A stretch of DNA of 44,934 bases, counting the filler, from Jimgerdemannia flammicorona (taxonomy: Eukaryota): NCBI GenBank assembly GCA_003990765.1. It is 2 parts of 2 records of this genome, joined end to end, with 100 filler letters (N's around TTAATTAATTAA, not from the genome) between each part and the next. Parts side by side here need not be neighbours in the genome. Positions count along the whole stretch, not along the records: positions 22,525 to 44,934 come from RBNJ01001285.1; 1 more part is not named here. One strand, 5' to 3'. Below are positions 24,576-37,685 of the stretch, one piece after another (position 1 is the stretch's first letter; each line of letters begins with the position of its first letter). The notes under the pieces are model-generated. The model had not been told where the DNA came from. It made no database searches and saw nothing but the letters and a program-made list of their open reading frames with translations. The translations under genes were made by a program, and so were the position numbers.

Positions 24576-26953
24576 TGTGACGTACACAATTGATAATGGA
24601 GTACCAGTGACTGCTAAGATCAGATGACATAATGGCATGACAATCAAATAGACAGCCTGACCCATTAGGTGATCATCCCAAAAGAAGACAAGAGGATCCG
24701 AGCCAAAATGAAGACCACGTTATTTAAGGAACCATACTCCGCCTCAGGGATTGGCACCAAAGAACCAAGTATCTACCACACAATGCCTCCCATTCGCCGA
24801 ACCAACCAGACCTCCTGCCGCTCTACCCCTTTGCCTGGCCCAAAGACCCTGATCTTTGAAGCTATCAAGAAGGCCATCTGGCGCCTGGATACTTCTGAAC
24901 ACTTGAACTTCTACACCAAGAACCTTGGACACTTCATCAACTACTGGTATATAATGACCCAATAGCTCAAAGACACTACCGAATGAATGACCCTCTGGCA
25001 CGACTATGAAATCAGACACCGCCTTCGCAATGAGACTCTAGAAGGCAACCAGGAAGACCTCATTGCCGAAATGTTAACCACCAGCCGGCTAATCAAGAGA
25101 GCCCTCCGTGTCCACCAAATCTTCCGCCATATTCCCTGGGCTATAGCACACTTGCAAGGAGTAACAGCTGGTAGCCTCTCCTGCCTATCAACTGAAGATG
25201 CTGACTGGATAGAATCTGAAATAGCCAACTCTATTAGCAGCAACCACATCGCTGTAGGAAGCCAACAAACTGAACCCACTCAGCCAGGTTCCCACACTAC
25301 CCCACTCTGAGACAACCATCAAGGTCACCTAATGAGTCTTATGGAGATATTTGAAGGACTGCCCATCACTATAGAGGCATCTGTTGGAGCTACCCCAACC
25401 ACCCACCACCTTGTCAGCCACAATTCACATCTCATCATTTGGAAACCGAATCAAGAAGAAGCCCAAGAAGTTCCTGTCTTTGAAGAGGAGGCCCAAGAAC
25501 TCCAAGACCCTGCTCCTGAAGAAACCCCCTCTGACACTGAAACTGATGAGTCTTCAGAAGAAGAAGAGGAGCAACAGAGAGTCTACCAGTCCTCTGTCCA
25601 CATTCAAGCTGTTCAAGGGTTGAAGAATGTTGTTGAAGATGACTGGCCACTTTTCTATCCCCTCACCTCTTGGCCGGCACTTCCCCCTTTTGAGGAGAGA
25701 TATGATGAAGAAGAAATCGCAACCCAGCAAGATTTGCCCACCACGGATAAAGGGTACTATTCCCTCTAGAGTACCGCCCATCAGCCATGAGAACCCAGCT
25801 TTTAGTCAGCAAGTCCGTTTTCAGTGTTGCCACCCTCCACAACCATTTCTGGCAACAATCATCGTATCATGTCAGCTCATCCGAATCCAGCATTGCTATC
25901 CAGTGCAACCATTTTCAGCGTTTTGTCAGCAAGTCAGCAACATCTGTTTTCAGCATTGCCACTCTCTACAACCATTTCTGGCAACAATCAGCACTCCTGT
26001 CTACTCATCTGAATCCAGTGTTGCTATCCCCTACAACCTAATCCATAGTAAACAATAGCCTGCACCTTGCATTGTGCAAGCCAATAGCATAGCAAAGTTC
26101 ACCACAATGTAGTATACCTTAGCCTTAGTCGCGCCCCCCCCCCCCCCCCATAGCTAGCAAACTTGTATAAATAACTCATATCCTTAGAGTGAATAAACCT
26201 CAGTCAACTGGTTTTGAGAAAAGAAACCACTGCCTCCAAGAGACCGGATAAATTCTGAGAACAAGATAACAACCTAGAGCAACAGATCGTGCGGAAGTTT
26301 GAGTTAAAGAATTTTCTCTTGCCATAGAAAGAAAATGTTACCCGACCGCCACTATTCAACCACCATTCGAGACCCAAGACCCAGCCAAGGATTCAAGACC
26401 ATGATCGCCGCGCATTCAGACTGCCATTCAGACCACACATTCAGACTGCCATTCAAGATTCAAGACCCTGGCAATACAGCTAAAGAACCCAAGGAACCCA
26501 AGTTACCTAGCCAAAAGATATAAGACCGCTACCAAAGACCCAAATGACTACCAGGAACCTTTCAAGTTAACAAGTCAAGACGGATGAGCGAGCCATCAAC
26601 CTCCATTTTCCCGACCTACTGCGCCACAAACCATTTAAAGTCAAGACCATCGCCGAGTTTGCCGCTAAGTTAATCACCACCAGGAAACTTAGCCAGCATA
26701 ATCGCCACCCTTATCCACTAAACAATTGAGCCACCATCGTTGAACAACTGAACGACCCCACCATCGACATCCTGAGCCCTCCAACGAACAATCGAAGTCC
26801 TACTATTATCAATTACTGCATGAATCGAACGACCTGTCATGTGACCATCGACCCACGAATGTCACCAATGCCTTCAGTTATACATCGCGGGCTTCACCAA
26901 GTGGCACATTGAGCCATGCCAGAAGCAACTCGAGATACAAACCAAATACCACA
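24576..26953 (+). mobile_element. Solo LTR (2378 bp), family A, flanked by ATATAT direct repeats
   Basis: TGTGA...CCACA ends, ATATAT at 24570-24575 and 26954-26959, TATAAATA 26166, AATAAA 26192. Homologous end to end with 40710-42971. Confidence 0.88.
24708..25769 (+). pseudogene. LTR(U3)-encoded 353-codon ORF, copy 1, with three premature stops
   Basis: ORF pieces 24669, 24987 and 25332 share one frame. The stops TAG 24963, TGA 24984 and TGA 25308 are CAG, CGA and CGG in copy 2. Confidence 0.8.
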
Positions 26954-27479
26954 ATATATAGATCAGATTAGATTATAGAATACTATTTATATATTATAAA
27001 AACTGAAAGTTAAAAAGAATTTAAGTTAATATTTAATTTAATATTTTAATATATATATAAATTTATATAAAATAATATTTAGACTTTTTATTTAAGTATT
27101 CTATATAGATAGATCTTTATTTTTATATAAATTACTATCTTTTTCTTAACTTGCTTTATACTATTATATATATTAGTTAGTTCTAGAAAAGATTTATACT
27201 TTTAGAAAATTTATAGTAAACTAATTATTTTTTTAAATAGTTTATTATGAAATAAATTTAATTTAAATATTATCCAAACTAAGATAAGATATATATAAAT
27301 AAAATTATATTTAGTTTAAGATTAAATTTAATAATAGATAAAATCAATTTAGAAATAACTTTATATTATAAATAAATCTAACTTTAATTTTTGATAAATG
27401 AAATAAATAATAATTTTCAAATAATTAAATTTATTAATAAAAATTATAATCTTATATAACTAAATTAAAATATATTCAG

Positions 27480-27940
27480 ATAGTGAGATAGCTGAATAGT
27501 GAAAAGAGAAGAAGATGGGATGCTTTGAGGAAATAGTTAGTAGAATATATAAATAATAAGTAGCTTACTATTGAATAAGTATTAGTAATATAGGTAGAGT
27601 TGACTAGTACTGACTATATATATTTGAGGATAGAAGGCAGATAATTTTGAAAAAAAGAATAGTATAGTGAAAGATATTGATGGTGGATATTTTTTTCAGC
27701 TAGCAGCAGGAGTGGGTCCTTAGAGAGGCTGCCATCACTGCCTGATATTGGGGATTTATAAAAAGAGTAATAATTGAGTTAAGGTAGTTAAAGATCTGAT
27801 TATTTTTAAAAGAGAAAAAGTGAAGAAGAGATAGTGTATTAAGAGAGATAAGGTGGAGTTAGGTTGGAGCTATAATATATTATAAGAAGTATATAATTAT
27901 TATAGATTAGTTAAAAATAAAAAATAAAATAAAATAAAAT
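27480..27940 (+). mobile_element. Decayed LINE 3'-end fragment with A-rich tail
   Basis: Reverse-complement similarity to ~29980-30340, followed by an A-rich tail at 27913-27940. Confidence 0.55.
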
Positions 27941-27948
27941 ATATTTAT

Positions 27949-29063
27949 TATAATAAGTAAATAACTCAGTATAGTTAGATGATATAAATACTCAGTATAA
28001 TATAGTTATCTATATCTAGTTACTTATATATATCACTATTTATATAATTAGCCAAAGATACTAAATTAGATTTATTAATCTATATTCTAAGGATATCTAT
28101 ATCTATATCTATTAGATATATATACTTATATCTATCAAACATACCTATATCTAGTAGATAAATCTGGTCACCTCTTTCTCTAAATAGCAGTACTATGTAT
28201 TCTATAGTTAGCTAGATAGCAATCAGATAGAAACTACAATTGTATAAAATATTCCAGAGATAAGAGTAAATAAACCTCAGTCTAAAAAGTTCAAAAGTAA
28301 AAGTCGATTATCTGGTATATTTAGAAAAAATATCTATAATAAGTCTCTTAATTCAGAAAGAATTATAATACTTAGGAGATATGTCTACTAATGAGCTACT
28401 GAGCTTTACCTTATTCTTACTCTAGTCTTCTTTCTAATATAAAAAAATCTACTACTTATAGCCAGTCTAGTATAAGATACATCTTTGTAGTAAATCAATT
28501 TGTATAAATAAAGCAATCTTTGATATAACTTTGAGAAGTCTATTATAAATTAGAATACTTACTAGACTAAGTCTGAAGAACATTATTAAGTAATCTACTA
28601 CTTAAGAAAAAACTACTATTTTTAAGTAAATTACTAATTCAGAAAGAATCTAAGTAAACAAAGTTATCTGCCAAATCTGCTGCTTAAGAAAAAATTACTA
28701 TTTTTAAATAAACTGCTAATTCAGTGAGAATTTGCATTACTTACTAAATTATCAACTTACTGTTGTATATGAAAGTCTGTCAGATTACTTATATAATATC
28801 AGATTATTATATAAAAATCATATATATATATAAACTATTCTTGCTATATATATAATTTACTCAAAAAGAAACCTACTGAAATTGCTGAATTATTACTATA
28901 TCTAAGAATCTATTTTAATAAGAAAATTGTCAGAATTATCTATATTATATAAATTTATACTAATATCTATTGAACATTTTATTGTTTTTTGATAAAGTAA
29001 CTGAGGGCTTAAGTCAAACTATATAATAGCCCTTTATATCCCATTTGCATAGCCCTACTATCA
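27949..29063 (+). mobile_element. Hypermutated LTR-like element, family B (~1.1 kb)
   Basis: Aligns with the reverse complement of 39759-40709, e.g. GAACATTTTATTGTTTTTTGATAAAGTAACTGAGGGCTTAAGTCAAACTA vs GAACATTTTGTTGCTTTTTGACAAAGTAACTGGGGGCTCAAGCCAAACTA. Contains TGTATAAAAT..AATAAACCTCAGTC, like the family A TATA/polyA block. Confidence 0.65.
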
Positions 29064-29480
29064 TTAGTTATATCTGGATTTTTTTCTAATCTACTATCAC
29101 ACTACCATCAGCTATTATATATCTGTCTCTAGTAATAGTTCTGCTAGCCTCTATATCTGTCTTGCTCAGTATCAACTCTCCAGTTCTCTTACTACTAATA
29201 TGTTTCTCTCTCTAGACTTACTGCTTTAAGTATCTCTAGGTCAACTCTCTACTTTGTGAGTAAAACTCATTGGTCTCTGCTCTCTACCACTCATACCTGG
29301 CAACTGACTTCTACTATACTCTCTCTGTCCACTTATATCACCAAAAATCACATTTCTATACTATAGTTCTTTCTGACATATTATCAGTAGAAGACCCCAG
29401 TTCTATCCAATTCAGTATATCTATTAGAGCTATTATATATTATTATATTACTAATACCTATTCTTCAAAAAGTATATAAA
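29064..29480 (-). mobile_element. Decayed fragment homologous to the 5' portion of the adjacent LINE-like element
   Basis: Same-orientation similarity to ~33745-34170 (TATATCTGGATTTTTTT..ATCTACTAT; CTCCAG[T/C]TCTCTTA). Confidence 0.55.
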
Positions 29481-29867
29481 AAGAGATAAAAGATATTTAT
29501 ATTATATAAATTATTAGAGAAAGGTATTATTATTTAAACTTTACTTAATAGTAACATTATTATTTTCAATATATTTTTTTGTTTAAATTCTATATAGAAT
29601 TCTCAAATATATTAGAAAATTATATAATATAGATAAATAATTAATTAATTATAATTATAAAAAAGTATACATACTTATAGATATGAATAAAAATATTTAA
29701 CTCATATTCCATTATAATATAATTAAAATTTTATCTATATTATACTCAAGATAGATATAGATATTATAGTTTATATGTATATAATCTATTTTATAGTATT
29801 TACTACTATTCTTGACTTTATTTAATAAAATTAATTAATAATATAATTACTATATAGCTAATAGCTA

Positions 29868-29916
<49 letters not shown>

Positions 29917-32900
29917 TTAAAGCACTAGGTCTCTTTATTAATCAATATATAATTAATACATAATCCTCATACTACACCAGTAGTCTCAACTCAACCCAAC
30001 CATCTTCTACTCTAATATACTCTCTTCTCTTTACTCTTTATATCTTTAAAACTATCAGATTATTAATCACCACAACCCTCCTACTACTTCTCTCATATAT
30101 CTCTTTCATCAGCCATCTATAACAATCTCCTTGAGGGCCCTACCCCCTTCATCAGTCTGATAGAACATCTACTATCAATCTCTCTCACCTTGTCATCTTT
30201 GAATATATATTACTATTATTCAGTCAACCTCACTCATATTACCAATGTCTACTCAATAATAAGTTACTTATTACCAACATAGTTTACCAACCACTCTCTT
30301 AAGTTATCCCATCTCTCTCCTTCACCACTATCTCACTACTATATCTCTAGATAATCTCTAACTATTACTTATAGGTTACTAAGTATATTATACCCTCTCA
30401 ATCAATATTCTGGTATCTATATAATTCTTCTCTCCTATCTGATATTATAATAATTCTTGTGCTCAAAAGCCCCTCCTTCTATCAAGTATCCCAATCTAAA
30501 GTTTAATATAATATTTCTTTTTAAGATATACCACCATACTACTTAGAACCTTAGTAGAAGCCACTGCCATACCTCAGCATTTTAAGATCAGACTTTGACA
30601 CAGTCTTATACCTTACTAATATCTGTGAACTACCAGCTCATTAATAATAAATTCTGTCTTACCCCCTATTGATACTCAATGCTAGCACTAATATTAAAGT
30701 CTAATACTGATAAATTATTTAATTGAAGCCTATATTACTTCTATATCACAGGTCTCTATTATATCTCTCTCTTATTAACTCACTAATATAGATCAATACA
30801 GTGAGCCCATTCTACTATGTATCTCTTATCAAAATTCTCTATACTATAAGTGACAACTGCCTCTCAGTCTAATTATTGAAAATAAATTATCAGAAGATTC
30901 TCTAGAAGAGAACCATATCTCTTAGATCTTCTATATCAAAGACAAATACTCTCTACTCTATAATGTGACAGCTCTCTTCAACCACTAAGCTATAAGATAA
31001 TATAATCTATTTAGAAAGTCTGTATATATATCTTCTCCTTCTTCTTCAATACTCACTTCAACTTCTCAACTTCTAGCAGAACTCACCCTAGTCTCTAATT
31101 CTCTACATCCTTCTGTACCAATAACTCTGCCTACTTCAGCTATAATATCTCTATTCTATAGGAGATCCACCTTACTCACCACCTTTACTATACCCCTTTA
31201 AACTTTCTAGCCTTACTTCAATATAACTTAGCAGCTTTTTTCAACTTTATTTAGTAGACTCCAACTAGGAATCTCTTACTTTTCTAGTATTTAATCTTTG
31301 TCTCAATGTCTGCTATTTATATATTTTACAACTTCTCTCCTTTAACAATAAAGAATAGATATACTAATATCCAGGTCTATTACCACCCTCTCCAAGCTGA
31401 CCACACCCCAACAGTCTCTAATGATCAGACTAAGAGTACTATTCTATCTCCAAGGTCTCTCAAATATTCCATCCTCAGTAATTGACTTCCAGTATTAATA
31501 TATCCTTATCTCAAATTTATTTACTCAATGAGTATAAATCTTCTAGTCACTCTATACTATTCTGTTAGTATCTATAATAAACTTAGACTCTTCACTTCCT
31601 CCCAAATATCCAAACTATCACTATAGCCTACAGTACTCCTCTATCTGTCATTTCTGTCTATTAGTATATTTTACACTATGTTAAAGTCCTCTCTCAGTAT
31701 ATCTATACCAGCTTTAGCAATAGCTCTATACTCTAGAAGCTCATTCAGCTACTCTATACAATCACCTCTCACTACTGAGTAACAGCAAGAACCTACTACA
31801 ACTAGATCTCACTCTGGCCTTTGCCACTCTCCTCATACTAAGTAATATCTCTATCCCCCAATCTCACACAGTTCCCCCTTATCTTTCTACAGTAGAATCT
31901 CCACCTTATCTCTCCAAATAGTCTCACTACTCCATTTACTTATCTATATCTATATATCTAATTTCTCCTCACAGTACAAATCCTGCACCAAAATAAGATC
32001 TGCCTCAAAGCTTTAGAGCTAAGCAAAAATATTTCAATATCTTACAGAATCCCTCAGATTATTCACATTCAGTAAGAAATTGTTAGTTATACTATTTATC
32101 AGAAAATAATATTTTATAATATCTCTATTCTCTTCATAATTCTATACTTATTTCCTCTCTAGCTATATCTAGTTTATACTCTATATTAACTTCAACATTC
32201 TCAATCTTCTTAGCCTCCAAACCAGCCAGTATCTCTACTATCTCCTCATTATTCTTAGCCTTTATCAACTTCTTATACTTCTCACACACTGTCTGTCAGA
32301 TCAATAATCTATGCTACTATTTCTACCAGAAAGCAGTATACTCCTCAGTAACTACTACCAGATTAGCCTCTCTTTTCACATCTATCTCATAGCTCTCAGC
32401 CTTCAATATTACTATCAGAATCTCAGACATCAGCCTTTTCACCATATCTATACTACTCAATACTCTCACTCCAGTCTTCTTACTGATAATATATTAAAGG
32501 TCTAACTCTCTCAGCTTATCTATAGCCAACTCTCTTCACACTGAAACTATTCAGTAAGTATCTCTTAGTCTACTCTCAACTAGAGTCACCAGTCTCTCTT
32601 CTATCAATATAGTAGCTTTAGTTCCAGTACTAGCTGTCTTATCTTACTTCTCCTGTAGAATATCATATAATTTATCCTTTCTTACTCTGACCATCTGTTC
32701 TCTCTTCTATGTCTAGTACTCCAAACCTGACTCTATATATGCCCCTCATCTCTATATCCTCTATACTATACTTCTTATGAACATTGGCTCACACTAGGTG
32801 TTTTTTCTTCTCATTTCATTCTTTAAGTATATTATTATTAAAAAGCTACTAATCTCTTACCTTCTTATTCAATACTGTAGCCTCTCCCTTCTTCTCCTCT

Positions 32901-34170
32901 CAACTTATAGTCTAGTCACTCTTCTTTGCTTCTTTCATTCACTACTTCCTTACCTATCTCATTATCCTCTCCATTAAACTATCAAGTAGATCTCTCTATC
33001 TCTTTCACTTCTGAGCCTTCTACCATATTACTTTATTTATATAAATCTTCTTTTTATTCTTTACTTCTAAATATATTAATGCCAAATAAGCCCACCATAC
33101 TTCTGTACAATGCTCTATAACTCTACTGAGATCTTCCAGAGCTTTCTGCAAATTCTCTTCTCCTTTTCACTTTTTTTTTTATCTATATTATCTTATAAAC
33201 AAAGTCATCTCACTTCAATACTATAGGCCATTCAGAGCTTTCTCAGTAGTGTCCTTCCAAGCAGATCAGAGCCTAATATTCACATCTTCTATTCTGAATA
33301 TTGTTCTCTCTCATACTCTAAATCTAATATTAATCACCTTTCTATACTTCTTTATTATCTCCTCAACTCTTCTCTTTATATATCTCAAGAATTATCACTA
33401 TAGATATCTCCTTCACCAGAAGCTATATAACTCTTAGATTCTATTTCAGATATCTAGCCATTGATACTACTACTTTACCAACTGACAGTCCAGTTTTCAA
33501 GATCTTCTCCAATGGTCTCACTTTCTCAAACTCTATCTCAACTCCTTTAAGTCTATACCAGAACTTTGCTCAGATAACTTCAGCAAATTAGTTTATAAGT
33601 AGACCCAAAACTATCTTAGCAGTCATTATAATCTTTACAAAATATAAAGTAATAGCAAATTTTGAAATCAACTTCTTGAGTAATAGAGCTACTATTAACC
33701 CTATTATATATTAGCCAGATTTTCTATCCTCATGTTTGCCCTACTATTAGCTATTATATCTGGATTTTTTTTTTTCAGATCTACTATTACTCTATCATAA
33801 GAAGTTACTTTTTGGACCCCAGTAACTGTCTCTCTATCTCCTATGCCTGTCTTATCAAGCAATGTCCCTCCAGCTCTCTTAGTACTTAACTTTTTCTTCT
33901 CTCTCAGCTTGCTATTTTGAATATCTCCAGACCAACTACTATCTTTTATCTTATCTATAAAGCTTATCTGGTCTAACTTTCTATAAATCATATCTGGCCA
34001 TTAACTTTCTCCAACTCTCTTCTAGCTATCAGTATTACCAAAGAAGCCTATCTTTATATTATATTCTCTTCTGATATCTTGTCAGTCAAATACTCCAGGT
34101 CTATCTAACCCAGTATTATTGTTAGATCTCTCATTTATTGATATATTATAAATAACTTTTTTCTAAAATC
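29868..34170 (-). mobile_element. Heavily eroded non-LTR retrotransposon (LINE, APE + RT, possibly RTE-like)
   Basis: (TAA)n tail on the minus strand at 29868-29916. Residual motifs: LR*GY (for LRQGC) near 31503-31517, RLNTRK near 31285, LKKKEKIY near 31030-31050, LDYKL (SDH-like) near 32905. Purine-rich coding strand, almost no CpG. Confidence 0.55.
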
Positions 34171-34707
34171 TGTGCAAAAAGTATTGTGAGTTATTTACAT
34201 AATATAAATTATGTAAAAAAAGATATACAGCTAATAGTTACTATTTAATTTTTTTTTTTTTTTTAGATTCTGAAGTGGATTATAATAGAGTTATATAATG
34301 CTCAGAATATTTCTAATTCCGGGGTTTTCTCATCTCTCCTCAATAGAGTTACTATCTCTATCTTATAGAGTGAGATTAGTAAGAATCTTTATACTATACT
34401 CTCTAATTTCTTCTATACTTGTAAGCTCACTATAAGAGACTTAAAATTTTTCTTTTAAAAGACTATTGAGCTACATTCTATGTAATTATCTTTATCACTC
34501 TAAATATAACATACTACTATTATTATTAACTAGTTCTGAGTATATATCAAAGAGTCAGAGTTAGTCATCAATATTCTATATAATATTATTAGTATAGTTA
34601 GAAGATACTAAGATAAAATTTGATTGAAAAATAATTTACTTTTGCTAAAAATGGCATGATATATAGATCTCACTTTCTTGTATCTGCATTACTTGAAGAG
34701 CCTCATG

Positions 34708-34815
34708 GCAGTAATTAATGAGTTTGTAGAGACAGTCAATGAGCTTGCAAAGGTAGTTAATGAGTTTGTGGAGATGGTCAATATGTTTGTAGAGGTGATT
34801 GATGACTTTGCTGAG
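34708..34815 (+). repeat. About five degenerate 21-bp tandem repeats (heptad VNEFVEx if translated)
   Basis: AATGAGTTTGTAGAG / AATGAGCTTGCAAAG / AATGAGTTTGTGGAG / AATATGTTTGTAGAG at 21-nt spacing. Confidence 0.75.
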
Positions 34816-35560
34816 ACATCTCCTCACAAAATATTCTTTTGTCACCATGCATACAAAACCACCATGTGCCGAATGGGATACCCCATCTGGGTATCACAAA
34901 AGTAAGATCTTCAGTAGGACTGAACAAAAATCATTCCATACATTGTCATCTTGTAGGCATTATTATTTATGAAAATACCAAAATCAATTTGAAATATTAA
35001 AATTTTCATAACATTGATGGTGAAGGGAAAAAAACTTGCAGTCGAGATGACAGACAAAGCTGCATAGTGCTTGACAAGACTGAGAAACGTGGGTTTCACA
35101 AACAGGAATGGAAAAATGCATATGAATCTGGATGCCTATGAATGCTACTAAATCCCCCGCCCGTGCGTGTAGATGTACCACATTGTCATGCAGATGATCG
35201 GCGCACATTTCTACAGTGGCTCTGTCTAGTAGTAATTGAACTCATAGGAAATCTTTTCATATTCGGTTGTCTGGTCCCAACTCTTTCTCTCATATCGCCA
35301 TCGCGTTTATATAGCTGTTCTGCATACCTAGATTGGTTGGCAAGATGCTGAACTCAATCACAAATATTGAACTACCACCCGATTCTACTCTCCGCTAATA
35401 TTGACATCATATTGAGCATTCGTGTTGCCATACATATACCGTGTCTCATACTTATACCCCTAAAAAAAAATTAACTGGCGTGCAGCGTGAAGTCGACGCT
35501 GAGTGAGCCGTGAATAAAACACTAATTTACGTAACCCGCGAGGTATTTGTGCTGGACATT

Positions 35561-37392
35561 TTAGGGAATCCTCGATTCTCTTACAATTTTTGCCTCTTCA
35601 TCAATTGCATTAATCATTATCATCGAATGCTTTCTCCCAAACTTTAAAACCGTCTTCCAGTAAATATCGTCGCGAGCCACACACGTGATTTGGACGATTG
35701 CACTGTGCGTAAATTTACATTGGGAAAAACGGTAGAAAATATTTACAAATGCACTTGTCGACTCCACCCTTCACTCTGCTTCGATCTCTTTGAGCTTATC
35801 TATACATGAAGTATCATAAAGTTAATATTAGACGTTTCATAGTCAACTACAACCTCAAGAGCTTTCGAATAATACACGTACCTAAGGTGACATTCAGTTC
35901 AATCTTATATTCGATCCTCTTCATTCTGCGCAGATACTTCTTCTCCCCCGACATCCCAACGAGAAGGGACACTTCGAACGCCAGTGCCGCCAGCTGGCCA
36001 TTGTTACTCCAGGATTGTTCACTGCATTCGTCGTAGAATGCGAGAATATGGGTCGACGGACTGGCCGTCGCTATTTCAGAGAGTGAAAGGAAAATGAGAT
36101 CAATCCGATTAGATTTTTTAACAACGCCACATCCGTTATCGAGTAGTCCCTTTAAAGTCTCTATCTTCACCGCAATGTCCCGTCCCATTTCTAACCATAC
36201 TCCCAGTAATACCATTTACGTCTATTTAGCAGAATGCTTACTCCATTCCTTGATTAACGAGCGCTTCGCTTCGTAACGGATGGTGGGCCATATGTGCTCT
36301 AGTAGGCGAAGTAGTTTCCGATCCCAGTCGTCATTTGTTTTGCATCGGAAGGTATTGTAGAGTCTGTCGATTTGTGCCCGACATTTCACATATAATTTGC
36401 CGATAATCTTGATGCACGCTAGACCGGCCAAATCGTACAGCTAATCTTCCGAAAAAATATTTATAAGCCATACGAACAGCTCTACATTGAACCAACGTTT
36501 TCTATTATAATACCTTTCCCTTGATGGCTGTACCGTCGTATCTATATCTTCTTATCGTATTGATGTCGATTTTCTTGTGGGCTGCGGATAATACGTTATA
36601 TTTATATTTTGATTAATGTTCTGTAGTAGTCTTTACCTCGCCCGAGTTTCCAAGGAGCGGTGGTGAGATAAATTCCCATTAGCTCGGTATAGAGAGTAAT
36701 CACCTTGGTATATCTCGTACGTAAGAAAATCCAATCGGTTCATGGATTCGTCTAGGAGATCATGCTGAGTCCTTGTTGTAGTACCCCATGCTGTCGCCAC
36801 CTCAAATTCCCCACCGGCATTCGCCGCCCATCCGGCCAGACAGAAGTCCAGCCATGTCAACGCGATAAGATAGGTTGATGTGATGGGGTAGGTGTGGGCG
36901 TGTGCATGTCGTAAAGTAGTTCGAATGTCAAGCAGGTGGATTTCGACTATGAGGGAAAAAGAGGCAATCGTTATTATATGAACCATCTCAAATAGAGTTC
37001 GGAATCCTTCCTGGTTTCAATATTGGACAACAGACTGATCCATTGACTGAAGTAAAGCATATACGGACTTCTCGGTCTCAATACTAACATGTTCTCACGG
37101 CAAGTACCCGTCTAACGTCCTGTGATGCTGATAATATGGTTTTCAATACATTATTGGCTGTGCAGATGTCCCACGCGAACATACTATCGACCGTGACGCC
37201 ACCATTCAACGCTGCCGTCTGTACTCTTGAGAGATGATCGCCGCTCATATTGATAATGCATTGCGTGACTAGTCCAAGTGCTCCACGAATCATTCCCTTA
37301 GAGCCTTCGATAATCTTGTTTACGTGCGCATTTGCAAGCTTGGACTGGTTTTGATCTTGGTAGGGATGAATCGTCGTATTGCTTGTTGTCAT
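35561..37392 (-). pseudogene. Disrupted gene of unknown family (series of minus-strand coding-like segments)
   Basis: CpG-retaining stretch with consecutive protein-like ORF pieces (37084-37392, 36633-36986, 36222-36431, 35847-36215) broken by stops. No recognisable motif. Confidence 0.3.
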
Positions 37393-37404
37393 TGTGAGGT
37401 GACG

Positions 37405-37685
37405 AGAGAGTGCCAGGCTTGTAGTGTGAGGAGAGTGAACCAGGCTTGCGAGGATAGAGAACCAGGTTTGCGAGGAGAAAGAACCAGGCTTGCGAGGAGA
37501 GAGAACAAGGCTCGTGAGGAGAGAGAAGTAGGCCTCCGACGAGAGAGAGACTGCGACGAGAGATAGAACCAAGCTTGCGGTGCGACGTGAGATATATCCA
37601 AGCTTGCGACGAGAGATAGAGCTAAGCTTGCGGTGCGATATGCGACGAGAGATAAAGCCAAGCTTGCGGTGCGACGAGGGAGAGT
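37405..37685. repeat. Degenerate minisatellite, ~22-31 bp units with core CCA(G/A)GCTTGCG..GAGAGA
   Basis: About ten recurrences of CCAGGCTTGCG/CCAAGCTTGCG. Confidence 0.8.

Noticed and set aside
37405..37685. Repeats as a CRISPR array
   Set aside because: Degenerate units with no unique spacers, no cas genes and a eukaryotic context.
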